From IMG/VR virus record IMGVR_UViG_3300048858_000024, positions 1 to 45,289 of that record: a DNA stretch of 45,289 bases, one strand, 5' to 3'. This stretch comes from a virus. Its lineage: Duplodnaviria > Caudoviricetes. Within the stretch, counting starts at the first letter, position 1. Each line of letters starts with the position of its first letter. Below are positions 44,773 to 45,289 of this stretch, one piece after another. Under the pieces are notes generated by a model. The model was given only the letters and a program-made list of their open reading frames with translations. It had not been told where the DNA came from and made no database searches. The position numbers and the translations under genes were made by a program.

Positions 44773-45191
44773 TAGCGCGCCTCCCCTTGGGTGGAGAGGC
44801 GGGTGATAGCCTCAATCCGCGGGAGCATCTGGCGCGAACACCAGAAGTCGTCCTCGTGACCGGCGACCGTGTTGAGGTCGACCAGGAAGTCTCCAGCCTC
44901 TTCCTCAACCTCGCACTCTGCCTTCAGCGCGTCCCAAAGCTCCTTGGCCTGTTCGTCGCTCCGAGCCGGGAAATTGGCGATCGTGAAGACACGGTTATCC
45001 TCATGATCAGACCCGCAAAGGTGCACACCGGGGAAGTGCGGTGCAAAGGTGCGATTGGCCCAGCGGATCTCGCTCTCGCCGGGGCGCTGCCGTGTAGTTT
45101 CGGCAGTTGGCCAAGCGCGAGTTTCGGGGTGCGGTAAACCCGCGGCAACAACCCCCGCGATTCCCGATTTGTTCGGCAGATGTTCGTGCAT
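44772..45191 (-). CDS. Hypothetical protein
   Basis: GAGGAGG RBS before MHEHLPNK; TAATG coupling. Confidence 0.65.
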   Translation of the reverse strand: MHEHLPNKSGIAGVVAAGLPHPETRAWPTAETTRQRPGESEIRWANRTFAPHFPGVHLCGSDHEDNRVFTIANFPARSDEQAKELWDALKAECEVEEEAGDFLVDLNTVAGHEDDFWCSRQMLPRIEAITRLSTQGEAR

Positions 45192-45243
45192 TAGAAACCT
45201 CCTCAAACGGGAGATTTCTGCGGGTTATAGGAAGCCGTCGTAT

Positions 45244-45289
45244 GCTTCCCAAGCTGAATACGGGGGTTCGATTCCCCTCACCCGCTCCA
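45244..45289 (+). repeat. attR core
   Basis: Identical to 1-46; not preceded by a tRNA 5' half. Confidence 0.95.

Larger units (their letters stand above)
1..45289. mobile_element. Complete temperate siphovirus prophage integrated in tRNA-Gly(CCC)
   Basis: 46-bp terminal direct repeats; integrase at left end; cI/cro switch; terminase-portal-protease-capsid; tail/TMP; lysis cassette; no disrupted core gene seen. Confidence 0.97.

Noticed and set aside
45244-45289. Second complete tRNA-Gly at right end
   Set aside because: Only anticodon loop to CCA is present; upstream sequence has no D arm or acceptor 5' strand

Overview
The window is a complete, apparently intact 45.3 kb temperate siphovirus prophage with an HK97-type head. 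It is bounded by a perfect 46-bp direct repeat (1-46 and 45244-45289) that is the 3' half of a tRNA-Gly(CCC). The host is an alphaproteobacterium, inferred from a GapR/DUF2312 homologue, an alpha-type LexA DNA-binding domain and a GTTC-N7-GTTC SOS box; a sphingomonad is plausible but not shown. Layout: integrase and leftward early operons (75-10138), HIRAN-cI | cro switch (10236-11586), rightward early/replication genes (to 18990), packaging and head (19084-27472), tail (27542-40039), lysis (40131-42147), then an accessory right end. Most notable: (1) a BstA-like abortive-infection gene with its own terminator, followed by a second repressor-controlled promoter; (2) four minus-strand tRNA genes (Pro-TGG, Thr-TGT, Trp-CCA, Gln-TTG) spaced 1 nt apart, two of them structurally aberrant, preceded by a CCA-ending non-tRNA structured element; (3) a divergent SOS-box-controlled two-gene operon, a candidate antirepressor; (4) a second, diverged tail-tube gene with a C-terminal extension, coupled to an SGNH-esterase spike. 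Family calls come from motif recognition by eye; no database searches were run.
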